64,000 nucleotides of DNA, taken from positions 64,001 through 128,000 of IMG/VR virus record IMGVR_UViG_3300032224_000970; one strand, written 5' to 3'. A program made the translations under genes and the position numbers. Below, in pieces: positions 19,576 to 28,306 of this stretch (its first letter is position 1; each line of letters opens with the position of its first letter). Origin of the DNA: a virus. A model generated the notes under the pieces. It had not been told where the DNA came from. It did no database searches and saw nothing but the letters and a program-made list of their open reading frames with translations.

Positions 19576-20526
19576 ATGATTGATAGTCGTAATGAGATGT
19601 TCCTGTGGGTTGAGAAGTATCGCCCACAGAAGATTGATGATTGTGTCCTACCTGAATCCCTGAAGAAAACTTTCCATGAGTATATTGCTCAAGGAGAGTT
19701 ACCTACATTCTTGTTTTGTGGAACCGCAGGTGTAGGTAAGACTACTGTTGCCAAGGCACTGTGTAACGAGATCGGTGCTGAGTATATGTTCATCAATGGT
19801 TCAGAAGAATCAGGTATCGATGTTCTGCGAACCAAAATCAAATCCTTTGCTTCTTCAGTTTCCCTAACTGATGCAAAGAAAGTTGTCATCCTTGACGAAG
19901 CGGACTATCTCAATCCCAATTCAACTCAACCAGCGTTGCGAGCATTCATCGAAGAGTTCTCTGCCAACTGTCGTTTCATCTTTACATGTAACTTTAAGAA
20001 TCGTATCATTGAACCATTGCACTCACGATGTGCAGTTATTGACTTCAAGATCGAGAACAAAGACAAGCAGGAAACTGCAGCTGCATTCTACAAACGTGCA
20101 GCACAGATTCTGAAGCAAGAAAATGTTGAGTTTGATCCAAAGGTTGTCGTTGAAGTTGTTATGAAACACTTCCCTGACTATCGTCGCATTCTAAATGAAC
20201 TTCAGCGTTACTCTGTGTCAGGTAAGATTGACTCAGGTATCCTTGTCAATGTAAGTCAAGAATCATTTAAAGACTTGGTTAAATTGATGAGCCAGAAAGA
20301 GTTTAACGAAGTGCGTAAGTGGGTCGGTAAGAACTCTGACATGGATTCAGTTGCTCTGTTCAGAGAACTATATGATTCCGCAAATACTTTACTTGAACCA
20401 GCAAGCATACCACAGATGGTAATTACACTTGCAGAGTATCAGTACAAGGCTGCATTCGTAGCAGACCATGAACTAAATACTATGGCAGCATTAACCGAAA
20501 TAATGGCTAACTGCAAATTCAAGTAA
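19576..20526 (+). CDS. gp44: clamp loader large subunit gp44
   Basis: WVEKYRP, GTAGVGKTT, ILDEAD and PLHSRC motifs. Confidence 0.97.
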   Translation: MIDSRNEMFLWVEKYRPQKIDDCVLPESLKKTFHEYIAQGELPTFLFCGTAGVGKTTVAKALCNEIGAEYMFINGSEESGIDVLRTKIKSFASSVSLTDAKKVVILDEADYLNPNSTQPALRAFIEEFSANCRFIFTCNFKNRIIEPLHSRCAVIDFKIENKDKQETAAAFYKRAAQILKQENVEFDPKVVVEVVMKHFPDYRRILNELQRYSVSGKIDSGILVNVSQESFKDLVKLMSQKEFNEVRKWVGKNSDMDSVALFRELYDSANTLLEPASIPQMVITLAEYQYKAAFVADHELNTMAALTEIMANCKFK

Positions 20527-20535
20527 GGAATTAAA

Positions 20536-20850
20536 ATGGAACTAATCATTTTAGTTGTTGCCGTAATTATTGCATATAAAATTGGTTGGATAGCACGAGA
20601 GTATCATGCGAGAGCTACTATCGATAATTTTGTGCAATATATGGAAGCAAAACAAGAAGAAGCCACTGAAGGTTTGATTCCTATCATAATCGAAAAGGTT
20701 GATGGTGTGTTCTACGTATACAGTGGACAAGATAATACATTTATGGCACAGGGTAAAAATCGTAGGGATCTTGAAGATGCACTAGATAAAAGATACCCAG
20801 GAAAGAAGTTTGCAGCATTACCCTCCAATTTAAAAGAGGTTGGATTATGA
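20536..20850 (+). CDS. hypothetical protein with N-terminal TM segment
   Basis: Hydrophobic N-terminus; RBS AAGGA. Confidence 0.55.
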   Translation: MELIILVVAVIIAYKIGWIAREYHARATIDNFVQYMEAKQEEATEGLIPIIIEKVDGVFYVYSGQDNTFMAQGKNRRDLEDALDKRYPGKKFAALPSNLKEVGL

Positions 20851-21029
20851 TGATAAGCGAATATACAGAAGGTATGCGTAATGCTAAAGTTTTGAGGATG
20901 GAAAGAGGACACTATATTGTTATGGTTTGGGATGCCGATCGTGAGATTGATGAGCACAAAACATTCGATAACTTAGACTCTGCCGAGGATTTTGCTGAGA
21001 ATTGGGTGCTCAAACATGTCCCCCTTTGA
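20847..21029 (+). CDS. small hypothetical protein
   Basis: Coupled ORF with an AEDFAENWV end. Confidence 0.55.
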   Translation: MMISEYTEGMRNAKVLRMERGHYIVMVWDADREIDEHKTFDNLDSAEDFAENWVLKHVPL

Positions 21030-21396
21030 TTTTATTAATGCAATAAACACCACCAAACAGAATCTCTTCGAGGATCCACAGGCAGATAAGGATTATTCTG
21101 CCTTCATGGTCAATCGTGGTCTGTCGTATTTTCCCGATACGGTTCTATATGCCAATGAGATGAATAGATATCCTTCTTTACCGAAGGAATGGCAATTTTC
21201 GTTTTTCCTAAATACTATATCTAAGAAGAAAAGATTTAGTAAGTGGGCTAAGAAAGACAACGAAACTAAGTCTATTCAACTTGTCAAGGAATACTATGGG
21301 TATTCTACGGAGAAGGCGAAAGAAGCACTATCGGTTCTTTCGCCAGAGCATTTGAACATGATAGAAGAAAAATTATATAAAGGTGGAAAATCATGA
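21016..21396 (+). CDS. gp62: clamp loader small subunit gp62
   Basis: FMVNRGLSYFPDTVLYANEMN, KKKRFSKW and VKEYYGYS motifs. Confidence 0.95.
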   Translation: MSPFDFINAINTTKQNLFEDPQADKDYSAFMVNRGLSYFPDTVLYANEMNRYPSLPKEWQFSFFLNTISKKKRFSKWAKKDNETKSIQLVKEYYGYSTEKAKEALSVLSPEHLNMIEEKLYKGGKS

Positions 21397-21812
21397 CTGT
21401 TGAAATGATTTATTACGACTGGACGCCAGAGTCCATGCTTGAAGTGACCTTGCCAGAACCAGACAATTTTTTGAAGGTTCGTGAGACACTTACCCGCATC
21501 GGCATCGCATCCAGAAAAGAACAGAAGTTATACCAATCCTGCCATATCCTACATAAGCAGGGAAGGTACTTCATCGTTCACTTTAAGGAACTGTTTGCAC
21601 TAGATGGTAAAGAGTCGAACATCACTTCAGGTGACATTGAACGTAGGAATGCCATCGCTGGCTTATTGCAAGACTGGGATCTATTGAAGATTCTTGTTCC
21701 TGCTAAGGCAGATCCAAAAGCATCTCTATCTCAGATTAAGGTTGTATCCTATAAAGAGAAAGAGGAATGGGAACTTGTTCCTAAATATAACATTGGTAAA
21801 AAGTCTAAATAA
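21393..21812 (+). CDS. regA: translational repressor RegA
   Basis: DNFLKVRETLTRIGIAS and LYQSCHILHKQGRYFIVHFKELF. Confidence 0.98.
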   Translation: MTVEMIYYDWTPESMLEVTLPEPDNFLKVRETLTRIGIASRKEQKLYQSCHILHKQGRYFIVHFKELFALDGKESNITSGDIERRNAIAGLLQDWDLLKILVPAKADPKASLSQIKVVSYKEKEEWELVPKYNIGKKSK

Positions 21813-21824
21813 TAGGAAACTGAA

Positions 21825-22013
21825 ATGATTAAACTTGAATTGAGTGTAGATGACGTAAATATGATTCTTCGTACTTTAGGGAAACATCCCTTTGAAGAGG
21901 TTGTTAGACTTATCGAAAATATTAAATCACAGGGAGATCCTCAGGTTGAGGTTCTTGTGAAAAAGATGCAAGAAGAACAGGCAGCTGCACAAGCTGAGTT
22001 GCCACAAGTATAA
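21825..22013 (+). CDS. small hypothetical protein
   Basis: 62-aa ORF with RBS AGGA. Confidence 0.6.
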   Translation: MIKLELSVDDVNMILRTLGKHPFEEVVRLIENIKSQGDPQVEVLVKKMQEEQAAAQAELPQV

Positions 22014-22016
22014 ATA
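22009..22016 (+). promoter_or_regulatory. consensus T4 late promoter TATAAATA
   Basis: Exact gp55 box, just upstream of the structured leader. Confidence 0.75.
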
Positions 22017-22020
22017 GAAT

Positions 22021-22160
22021 TGTCCCATCGGGATGGGAACGTATTGGCTTCACCTTAGGACCGCTAAGAAACGAAGCGTAATAAAGCGGATGCGACGTAC
22101 GGCATCGCTGGATCTCGTAACCAGCAAACCCTCTGTGCTCAATTTTGAGGCAGAGTTTAT
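22021..22160 (+). ncRNA. putative structured RNA leader (multi-hairpin, possible pseudoknot)
   Basis: GC-rich non-coding region with at least five stems (see findings). Confidence 0.55.
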
Positions 22161-22168
22161 TTAATCAA

Positions 22169-22185
22169 TCTCGCTTAATAGGAGA
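22169..22185 (+). promoter_or_regulatory. ROSE-like RNA thermometer hairpin over the Shine-Dalgarno
   Basis: UCUC-G-CU [UAAU] AG-GAGA: the U(U/C)GCU motif with bulged G pairs with the SD, upstream of the hsp20 operon. Confidence 0.6.
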
Positions 22186-22190
22186 ACTAT

Positions 22191-22415
22191 ATGTTACAAG
22201 CTATCAACACATCAATCGACACCATTTCTGGTGCAAAGACTCAATTCGTTAAGACATTCGTTCAAAACGAAGAAGTCAAAAAACAACTCCAAACTTACAT
22301 CGATGCTCAGCAGTCATTCGCTAAGACTGTTGCTAAGTCCACTGTAGATTTCTTTACTACAGTTGGTACATCAGCAACTTCGTTTGACACTAAAAAAGCA
22401 TTCGTATCTAAGTAA
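22191..22415 (+). CDS. small amphipathic helical protein (possibly phasin-like)
   Basis: Strong RBS; all-helical character; the family call is weak. Confidence 0.5.
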   Translation: MLQAINTSIDTISGAKTQFVKTFVQNEEVKKQLQTYIDAQQSFAKTVAKSTVDFFTTVGTSATSFDTKKAFVSK

Positions 22416-22426
22416 GGAGAACAATC

Positions 22427-22936
22427 ATGGTCAGTAAATTTCTACCTGATGCTATGCTGCACCCACAATTCAAGGACTTCGAAAAGTTCTTTGTAGGGTT
22501 TGATGATCAATTCACACGTATGGCAAAGTTCCATGAGGATGTTACTAAGAACATTCCTAACTACCCACCATACAATATCAAGAAAAATGATGACAACCAT
22601 TACACCATTGAGATCGCTGTAGCTGGCTTTGGTCAGCAAGACATCGATATTGAAATGGCTGATGGTAAGTTAATCGTTCGTGGTAATGTGAAAACTGAAG
22701 AAGACCAAGACAACTTCTTGTTCAAAGGAATCGCAAATCGTGCCTTCACTCGTTCATTTGTTTTGAATGACGAAGTAGTAGTGAACGATGCTGAGATGCT
22801 CAACGGTATGTTGAAGATCTTCTTGGAACGTCTGATTCCAGAACACAAGCAACCAAAGAAAATCGCTATTAAATCCAAAGGTGAAAAACAACTATTAACC
22901 GAAGGAGAAAAAGATGCGATTGCTGAAACTTTGTAA
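22427..22936 (+). CDS. hsp20: small heat shock protein Hsp20 (IbpA-like)
   Basis: NYPPYNI, IEIAVAGF, KGIANRAFTRSF and NGMLKIFLERLIPE. Confidence 0.96.
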   Translation: MVSKFLPDAMLHPQFKDFEKFFVGFDDQFTRMAKFHEDVTKNIPNYPPYNIKKNDDNHYTIEIAVAGFGQQDIDIEMADGKLIVRGNVKTEEDQDNFLFKGIANRAFTRSFVLNDEVVVNDAEMLNGMLKIFLERLIPEHKQPKKIAIKSKGEKQLLTEGEKDAIAETL

Positions 22937-23006
22937 GGAACTGTTCATCGGTCTAGGTAATGGTATCCATGCATTTAAGACTTACAAAAAAGGTAAAGTG
23001 AAGTAG
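22914..23006 (+). CDS. possible 30-aa basic peptide (absent from the ORF track)
   Basis: MRLLKLCKELFIGLGNGIHAFKTYKKGKVK, preceded by a strong RBS AAGGAG inside the hsp20 3' end. Confidence 0.4.
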   Translation: MRLLKLCKELFIGLGNGIHAFKTYKKGKVK

Positions 23007-23017
23007 TCATACAAAAC

Positions 23018-23042
23018 TTAGGGGGACTTCGTGTTCCCCTAA
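23018..23042 (+). terminator. stem-loop / terminator, overlapping a late promoter CTAAATA at 23039
   Basis: ttaggggga-cttcgtg-ttcccctaa. Confidence 0.6.
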
Positions 23043-23051
23043 ATACTTTGT

Positions 23052-23264
23052 ATGAAAGCAAAACTATCACCCAATCTTGTATCCTTCATCACGATACGTC
23101 GTGGGAACTGGATCATGAAGATCTCTGTATACAAACACAGAGAGGTTATGGTTATTGCTCAACATTATTTTGATAACGATCGTTTCGAGATTCGACACTT
23201 TGGTGATCAAGAAGCAGCAGCAGACTTTATAGAATTTTTAGTGACTAATGAGGACAGTTTATGA
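23052..23264 (+). CDS. hypothetical protein
   Basis: 70-aa ORF right after a late promoter. Confidence 0.55.
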   Translation: MKAKLSPNLVSFITIRRGNWIMKISVYKHREVMVIAQHYFDNDRFEIRHFGDQEAAADFIEFLVTNEDSL

Positions 23265-23563
23265 TTAAAGTATTCAAGATGATCAATGGTGAAGAATTGA
23301 TAAGTGAGTCTGAACCAGCAGGTGTTGGTTACACACTTGAGAATCCTGCATCAATTGTTATGCAGCAAACAGAAAAAGGTATGGGTGTAGCAATTGCACC
23401 TTATATGCCATACGCACAAGGCAGAGTTACCTTATACGCTACAGCAATCGCAGCTGAAGCTGAACCCGATGACAAAATGAAGAACGAATACAACCGAATC
23501 TTTGGTTCGGGCATTCAGGTCGTTCCAGCGTCCGCTCTACCCCGATCCCCCATCATCACGTAA
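23261..23563 (+). CDS. conserved T4-like Sm-like hypothetical protein
   Basis: KMINGEELI, APYMPYA and NEYNRIFGSGI; usually near hsp20. Confidence 0.7.
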   Translation: MIKVFKMINGEELISESEPAGVGYTLENPASIVMQQTEKGMGVAIAPYMPYAQGRVTLYATAIAAEAEPDDKMKNEYNRIFGSGIQVVPASALPRSPIIT

Positions 23564-23696
23564 GTCATTGATTCCAGAGGAGTTTTTCCTCTCGTAAGTC
23601 GTTGATTTTAAAGGACTTTTCACACCCAAAATAACCCTACACTCTGCCTGGGATTGCAACAAAGTGCTTTACTTTAATTCAGGTTTCCTGTATAAT
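23561..23696 (+). promoter_or_regulatory. early promoter cassette copy 3: two inverted IHF-consensus boxes, half palindrome, TTTACT-17-TATAAT
   Basis: TAAGTCATTGATT at 23561-23573 and TAAGTCGTTGATT at 23595-23607; CCCTAC at 23635; -35 at 23668, -10 at 23691. Confidence 0.7.
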
Positions 23697-23726
23697 TATA
23701 TTATGATGATGAGAAAGGGTTCTGAA

Positions 23727-24104
23727 ATGGAAGACTTCAAAAGCTGGGACGAGATGTCTGATCTGGAACAAGCCCAATGCCAGTACTGGGATATGTATAA
23801 GGATGCCTACGGTGTCCGTCCTCGTGGTATCGACACCAGTGCTTGGACGCTGGAGCAGTTCGATGCTGAATTCAAAGTACTCGGTCGTGCGATCGAGGAA
23901 TCAGAAAATCAGCGCAAGGCTGATGAAGCAGAAGCGATCGTTCGCTTCGAAGATCGTGTCCTTAACCTGATGCACACTGGCACGAATCGTGAACGTGTCA
24001 TCGCATGGTTGATGGATGCTGAAGGTGCTAATGGCGACTTCGAGTACTTCTGCTTTACGCAGGGTCTTCCTTATGGTTATTTCAACGTGAAAGAGGTGGT
24101 ATGA
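23727..24104 (+). CDS. early hypothetical protein
   Basis: YWDMYKDAYGVRPRGID motif; RBS AAGGG. Confidence 0.65.
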   Translation: MEDFKSWDEMSDLEQAQCQYWDMYKDAYGVRPRGIDTSAWTLEQFDAEFKVLGRAIEESENQRKADEAEAIVRFEDRVLNLMHTGTNRERVIAWLMDAEGANGDFEYFCFTQGLPYGYFNVKEVV

Positions 24105-24307
24105 TGAATGTTATCTACAAAAGCAAATCGCAAATCCGCAAAGAAACCGAAGCAGCTGTCAAGAAATTCTTGAAGACTGGTGGCTCGATTGAAGTTGTGA
24201 AAGCACGCAAAGCACCAAAACAAAAGATGCGTGTCAAGAGTTCTCGTGGTTTTGTTTCTGGCACTTCTGGTTTTGCAACAGGGTTTCCTAGCCAAACATT
24301 GGCTTGA
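24101..24307 (+). CDS. small basic hypothetical protein
   Basis: FLKTGGSIEV motif; RBS GAGGT. Confidence 0.55.
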   Translation: MMNVIYKSKSQIRKETEAAVKKFLKTGGSIEVVKARKAPKQKMRVKSSRGFVSGTSGFATGFPSQTLA

Positions 24308-24332
24308 CTTGCAATAAATTCTGGAGTATAAT
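24304..24332 (+). promoter_or_regulatory. sigma70-type promoter
   Basis: TTGACT-17 bp-TATAAT. Confidence 0.75.
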
Positions 24333-24338
24333 TATATT

Positions 24339-24692
24339 ATGATGCTTGTGAAAGAAATTACAAAGTGGGAAGGTGTGAGTCGCCAGCCGAATCATACCTA
24401 CCTTATCTCCGAGGACTACTCAAAAATCTTTGGTTACTTTAAGTGGGACACCAAAGATTTTCAGATGTTCAAGAAGGCGATAAGGTTTGATTCTCGCTAC
24501 CGTAAATTTAAAGTAATAAAGACAGACCTGTACTTCAAAGGCGAGAAGCCCACAAACAAACAGTGGAAGATTGCAGGTAGCAAAGGTAATGTCTACGTGG
24601 TTGAAGAAAGTGCAAATGGACTTACCTGCAGTTGTGTTGGATTCAAATTCCATGGCAAGTGCAAACATATTGATGAGGTAACTACACGATGA
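24339..24692 (+). CDS. SWIM zinc-finger protein
   Basis: GSKGNVYVV...TCSCVGFKFHGKCKHI (CxC-n-CxH). Confidence 0.8.
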   Translation: MMLVKEITKWEGVSRQPNHTYLISEDYSKIFGYFKWDTKDFQMFKKAIRFDSRYRKFKVIKTDLYFKGEKPTNKQWKIAGSKGNVYVVEESANGLTCSCVGFKFHGKCKHIDEVTTR

Positions 24693-26005
24693 ATATCAAT
24701 TCCTTTCTCGAGAGTCTTGCGGACAACAGTTCTCGCAACTTCAAAATCGATCAATTGAACGCAAACTGCGATAACGAAGTGTTGCGTGAAGTTGTTCGCT
24801 TGGCTCTCGACCCTTTCACGCAGTTCTACCAGCGCAAGATTCCCGACTACGAATATGTTGGTGAAGACTCTGAGCATCAAACAACGCTAGAGATGGCTAT
24901 CGAAAATCTCTACTACCTATCCAGTCGTGAAGTCACTGGTAATGCAGCGATTGCTCATCTGCGTGCAATCCTTTCTGGACTTTCATCTGATGATGCCAAG
25001 GTTATCGAACGTATCATTCAAAAGGATCTCAAATGCGGAGTACAAGTGTCAACTGCCAATGCCGTTTGGTCTGGTCTAATAAAAGAGTACCCAGTGATGT
25101 TGTGCAGTGGTTACGAACAGAAACTCGTAGACAAAGTAAAGTATCCTGCATATGCTCAGTTAAAAATGGACGGGATGCGTTTCAACGCTATCGTCAGAGA
25201 TGGTAAGGTTGAATTCCGTAGCCGAAATGGTAAGGAACTAAACCTACTCGGTAATCTTGAGAAAGAGTTTGCTGCACTGGCTGGTGATGTAGACTGTGTG
25301 TTTGATGGCGAACTGCTAATTATGGATCCAGATGACTATCAATTTATGGATCGTCAGACTGGTAATGGCATTCTTTCTAAAGCCAATAAGGGAACTATCA
25401 GTGCTAAAGAAGCAGCAATGGTTCATGCTACTGTATGGGATGTGATTCCTTATGCTTACTTTATTGATGGTTATTGTCCGACACCATACTCAACTCGTTT
25501 CTCGTCTTTAGAAGTTTTGGTTAATAGACAAGTTATAAAAGAAAAGAAAATCTGGTTGGTTACAAGTAACATCGTCCAGAATCTGGATGAAGCAAAGGTT
25601 CTATTTGAGGGATATCTTGCAGATGGTCTTGAGGGTCTCATCCTTAAAGATGGTAGTGGTGTTTGGGAAGACAAACGTGCAAAGCACCAGATCAAATTCA
25701 AAGGTGAGTTGGAATGTGATCTGAAGATTGTTGATGTTGAAGATGGTACTGGTAAGTACGAAGGTATGCTTGGTGCTATCGTCTGCGAATCGTCTGATGG
25801 TATTGTCAAAGTTAATGTAGGGAGTGGCTTCAATGATGCGCATCGTAAATCGCTTACGAAGAAAGATCTTCTGGGCAAGATTGTGGCTGTCAAGTACAAT
25901 GCTCGTATTAAGAATAAACTGGGAGATGAAAGTCTATTCCTTCCTATCTTCATTGAGGTACGTGAAGATAAAGATGTCGCAGATAGCAGCAAGGAAATAA
26001 AATGA
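24689..26005 (+). CDS. gp30: ATP-dependent DNA ligase gp30
   Basis: KMDGMR, FDGEL, EGLILK and SLFLPIF motifs. Confidence 0.96.
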   Translation: MNINSFLESLADNSSRNFKIDQLNANCDNEVLREVVRLALDPFTQFYQRKIPDYEYVGEDSEHQTTLEMAIENLYYLSSREVTGNAAIAHLRAILSGLSSDDAKVIERIIQKDLKCGVQVSTANAVWSGLIKEYPVMLCSGYEQKLVDKVKYPAYAQLKMDGMRFNAIVRDGKVEFRSRNGKELNLLGNLEKEFAALAGDVDCVFDGELLIMDPDDYQFMDRQTGNGILSKANKGTISAKEAAMVHATVWDVIPYAYFIDGYCPTPYSTRFSSLEVLVNRQVIKEKKIWLVTSNIVQNLDEAKVLFEGYLADGLEGLILKDGSGVWEDKRAKHQIKFKGELECDLKIVDVEDGTGKYEGMLGAIVCESSDGIVKVNVGSGFNDAHRKSLTKKDLLGKIVAVKYNARIKNKLGDESLFLPIFIEVREDKDVADSSKEIK

Positions 26006-26574
26006 ATGTAAAACCAACTGAGTGGGTACGTCTCACAGACTTTCCAAGTGCAGGCAGCTACAACAGTTTAACTGATACTTGCATTTCTTGGTGGAAACAA
26101 TATACAGATGGTGCTCATTCAGGTGTGTATCAGGTATCGTTGAGTAAACCGAAGAACATTGTCGATAAAGATATATGTTACATTGGTGAATCAAACTGCT
26201 TACCTAAACGTATAAGTGACTTGCGCTCTAGCGCAGGGCAGGGAAACAAAGTTACACATCATATGTGTGGAGTTTTTATTCGTGAAGAAAAGATTGACAT
26301 TGAAAGTGTATTTGTTCGGTGCTTGATTGACGAAGATAAGAAGTCACTTGAAGACTGGTTGCATACTCAACATAAAGTTAAGTTTGGTTATATCATGGGT
26401 TATGCATGGCAAGAAGCATCGGGTGGTCATAAATCCGCAAGGATAAACATTCAGTCAAGTATTAAGCGTCTGAATTCATTGGAAGCTGTCGAGAAAATAC
26501 AGGCTGCACTAAATGAACATAAGGCATATTTAAAAAGAAATGCAAAGGCTACACTAACCGAATGGATACTATGA
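26002..26574 (+). CDS. GIY-YIG-like nuclease-domain protein
   Basis: SGVYQV...CYIGES...KRI and a downstream Glu. Confidence 0.55.
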   Translation: MNVKPTEWVRLTDFPSAGSYNSLTDTCISWWKQYTDGAHSGVYQVSLSKPKNIVDKDICYIGESNCLPKRISDLRSSAGQGNKVTHHMCGVFIREEKIDIESVFVRCLIDEDKKSLEDWLHTQHKVKFGYIMGYAWQEASGGHKSARINIQSSIKRLNSLEAVEKIQAALNEHKAYLKRNAKATLTEWIL

Positions 26575-26575
26575 G

Positions 26576-26779
26576 ATGATACTTGAGACCTTTGTTAAAC
26601 AGAAGAGGTTCTTCAATGTTAACAATAAGAAAGATGTTGAGGTGTTTAGGAGTTTCCTTATGACACATGCTTGGGGAAAGGATGGGTGTCCATTCATACT
26701 TGAGTTTCCATATATGACGATTCCTGATATGATACGTGATAAGTTAATTCATAAAATTTTAAAGGTGGAAAAAATATGA
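26576..26779 (+). CDS. hypothetical protein
   Basis: WGKDGCPFILEFPY motif; coupled ORF. Confidence 0.6.
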   Translation: MILETFVKQKRFFNVNNKKDVEVFRSFLMTHAWGKDGCPFILEFPYMTIPDMIRDKLIHKILKVEKI

Positions 26780-27201
26780 AAGTAGTAATAAACAAGTGTC
26801 ATGGTGGGTTTGGTCTGAGCCACGAAGCAATCCTGCGATACTTTGAGATCAAAGGCATCAAAGTATATCCAGAACAAGGCAAAGATTCTTGGGGATTCTG
26901 GACTTACTGGACAGTTAAGCCAGAAGATCGTGTTGAAGTTAAAGAAGGTGATGCCTTCTACGAAATGTCTCAGGCTGAACGTCGTGAACATAATAAAAAA
27001 ATATCTGAACAAAGTGTTCAAGAACGTGATATCCAACGACACGATCCAGCACTGGTTCAAACAGTTGAAGAAATGGGTGATGAAGCCAATGGTTCTTACG
27101 CTGAGTTGAAAGTTGTTGATATTCCTGATGATGTTGACTATGTCGTTGAGGAATATGATGGTATGGAACACATTGCTGAAGCACATAGGACTTGGTCATG
27201 A
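26776..27201 (+). CDS. conserved phage hypothetical protein
   Basis: KVVINKCHGGFGLS...RHDPALVQTVEEMG...EYDGME..E.HRTW. Confidence 0.7.
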   Translation: MKVVINKCHGGFGLSHEAILRYFEIKGIKVYPEQGKDSWGFWTYWTVKPEDRVEVKEGDAFYEMSQAERREHNKKISEQSVQERDIQRHDPALVQTVEEMGDEANGSYAELKVVDIPDDVDYVVEEYDGMEHIAEAHRTWS

Positions 27202-27425
27202 AAAATTTAGAAATTCCTTTCGAAGTAGCCGATGGTATTACTAAGGCTAATCTAATTGATGCTCGAGACTATCTACAGTCTGAATTGGATCAGTGGCAAA
27301 CAAATCCAAAAAATGAAACGAATCCCAATGGATATTGGTTACACCCTGAAGATTTGGCTCTCAACATGCAGTTGATTAAAGCCATGACATTAATTATTAA
27401 CTACTATGGTGGTGAAAATGCGTGA
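27198..27425 (+). CDS. hypothetical protein
   Basis: Coupled ORF. Confidence 0.55.
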   Translation: MKNLEIPFEVADGITKANLIDARDYLQSELDQWQTNPKNETNPNGYWLHPEDLALNMQLIKAMTLIINYYGGENA

Positions 27426-28002
27426 AGAACTAGACAAACTGTTGTGCGAACGCTATCCTAAGATGATGGTAAATCGTAATAAATCAATGCAAGAAACTGC
27501 AATGTGTTGGGGTTTCTCTTGTGGTGATGGGTGGTTTAACATTCTCAATGAATTGATGAGTAACATTCAACATCATATTGATTGGAAAAATCAAACTCGC
27601 ACGAGAGATATCGCATTCAATCAGGCAATTATTGATGCACGTAGACAACCTGCCGACTGGACTAAGTTTAATGAAATCCATCCACGGGATAATTCATGGA
27701 CTGATGAGTTGCGTGAAGATATTATCAATGGCACTTTAGAGTTACGTAACATTGAACCTGAAGTAGAACAGGTAACACTCGATCAAGTAAAAGAGAAGTT
27801 TGGTACATTGCGTTTCTACTATACTGGTGGTGATGATTATGTTCGTGGTCTTGTTAGTATGGCAGAAAGCATGAGTAGTGTTACCTGTGAGGAATGTGGT
27901 AATCCTGGAGAGACACACCATGGTGGTTGGATTCGTACTTTGTGTGATACACACGAAGCTGAAAGGCAAGCAAAAATGAAAGAAAGGTTCGGCGATGAGT
28001 AA
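27418..28002 (+). CDS. conserved phage protein with C-terminal Zn-binding motif
   Basis: CGDGWF, QVKEKFGTLRFY and CEECG...WIRTLCDTH. Confidence 0.7.
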   Translation: MREELDKLLCERYPKMMVNRNKSMQETAMCWGFSCGDGWFNILNELMSNIQHHIDWKNQTRTRDIAFNQAIIDARRQPADWTKFNEIHPRDNSWTDELREDIINGTLELRNIEPEVEQVTLDQVKEKFGTLRFYYTGGDDYVRGLVSMAESMSSVTCEECGNPGETHHGGWIRTLCDTHEAERQAKMKERFGDE

Positions 28003-28306
28003 ATTTATTTTGGTTGATACTATTTCCCAATACCGCATGCGTTATGTTATCGAAGTACCTGATGATCATAACGAACGTGAGTATCCTTGCAGTGCTGAGA
28101 CATGGGCAGCAGACACAGTTACCTCTGAAGAGATGCGAGAGTTTTCTCAACTTTGGATTGGCGAGTCTATCCTTAGCACTCGTGAGATTACAAAGGAAGA
28201 AGTTATCACAATGTGTGATAAAGAAAATGAGTACTGTTCTTCATGGTCAGATGAACAAAAGATGGATGTCTTTGTGACTGAAATCGGATATAAGAGGGAC
28301 TGGTAA
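27995..28306 (+). CDS. hypothetical protein
   Basis: Coupled ORF. Confidence 0.55.
   Translation: MSKFILVDTISQYRMRYVIEVPDDHNEREYPCSAETWAADTVTSEEMREFSQLWIGESILSTREITKEEVITMCDKENEYCSSWSDEQKMDVFVTEIGYKRDW

Noticed and set aside
22047-22125. Pistol, twister, hammerhead or preQ1 assignment for the structured leader
   Set aside because: The required core motifs (pistol pseudoknot followed by GCGU, hammerhead CUGANGA/GAAA, preQ1 A-rich tail) do not fit; left as an unassigned RNA
23664-23726. Longer N-terminus of the ORF ending at 24104
   Set aside because: It is a translation of the promoter itself; the RBS supports a start at 23727
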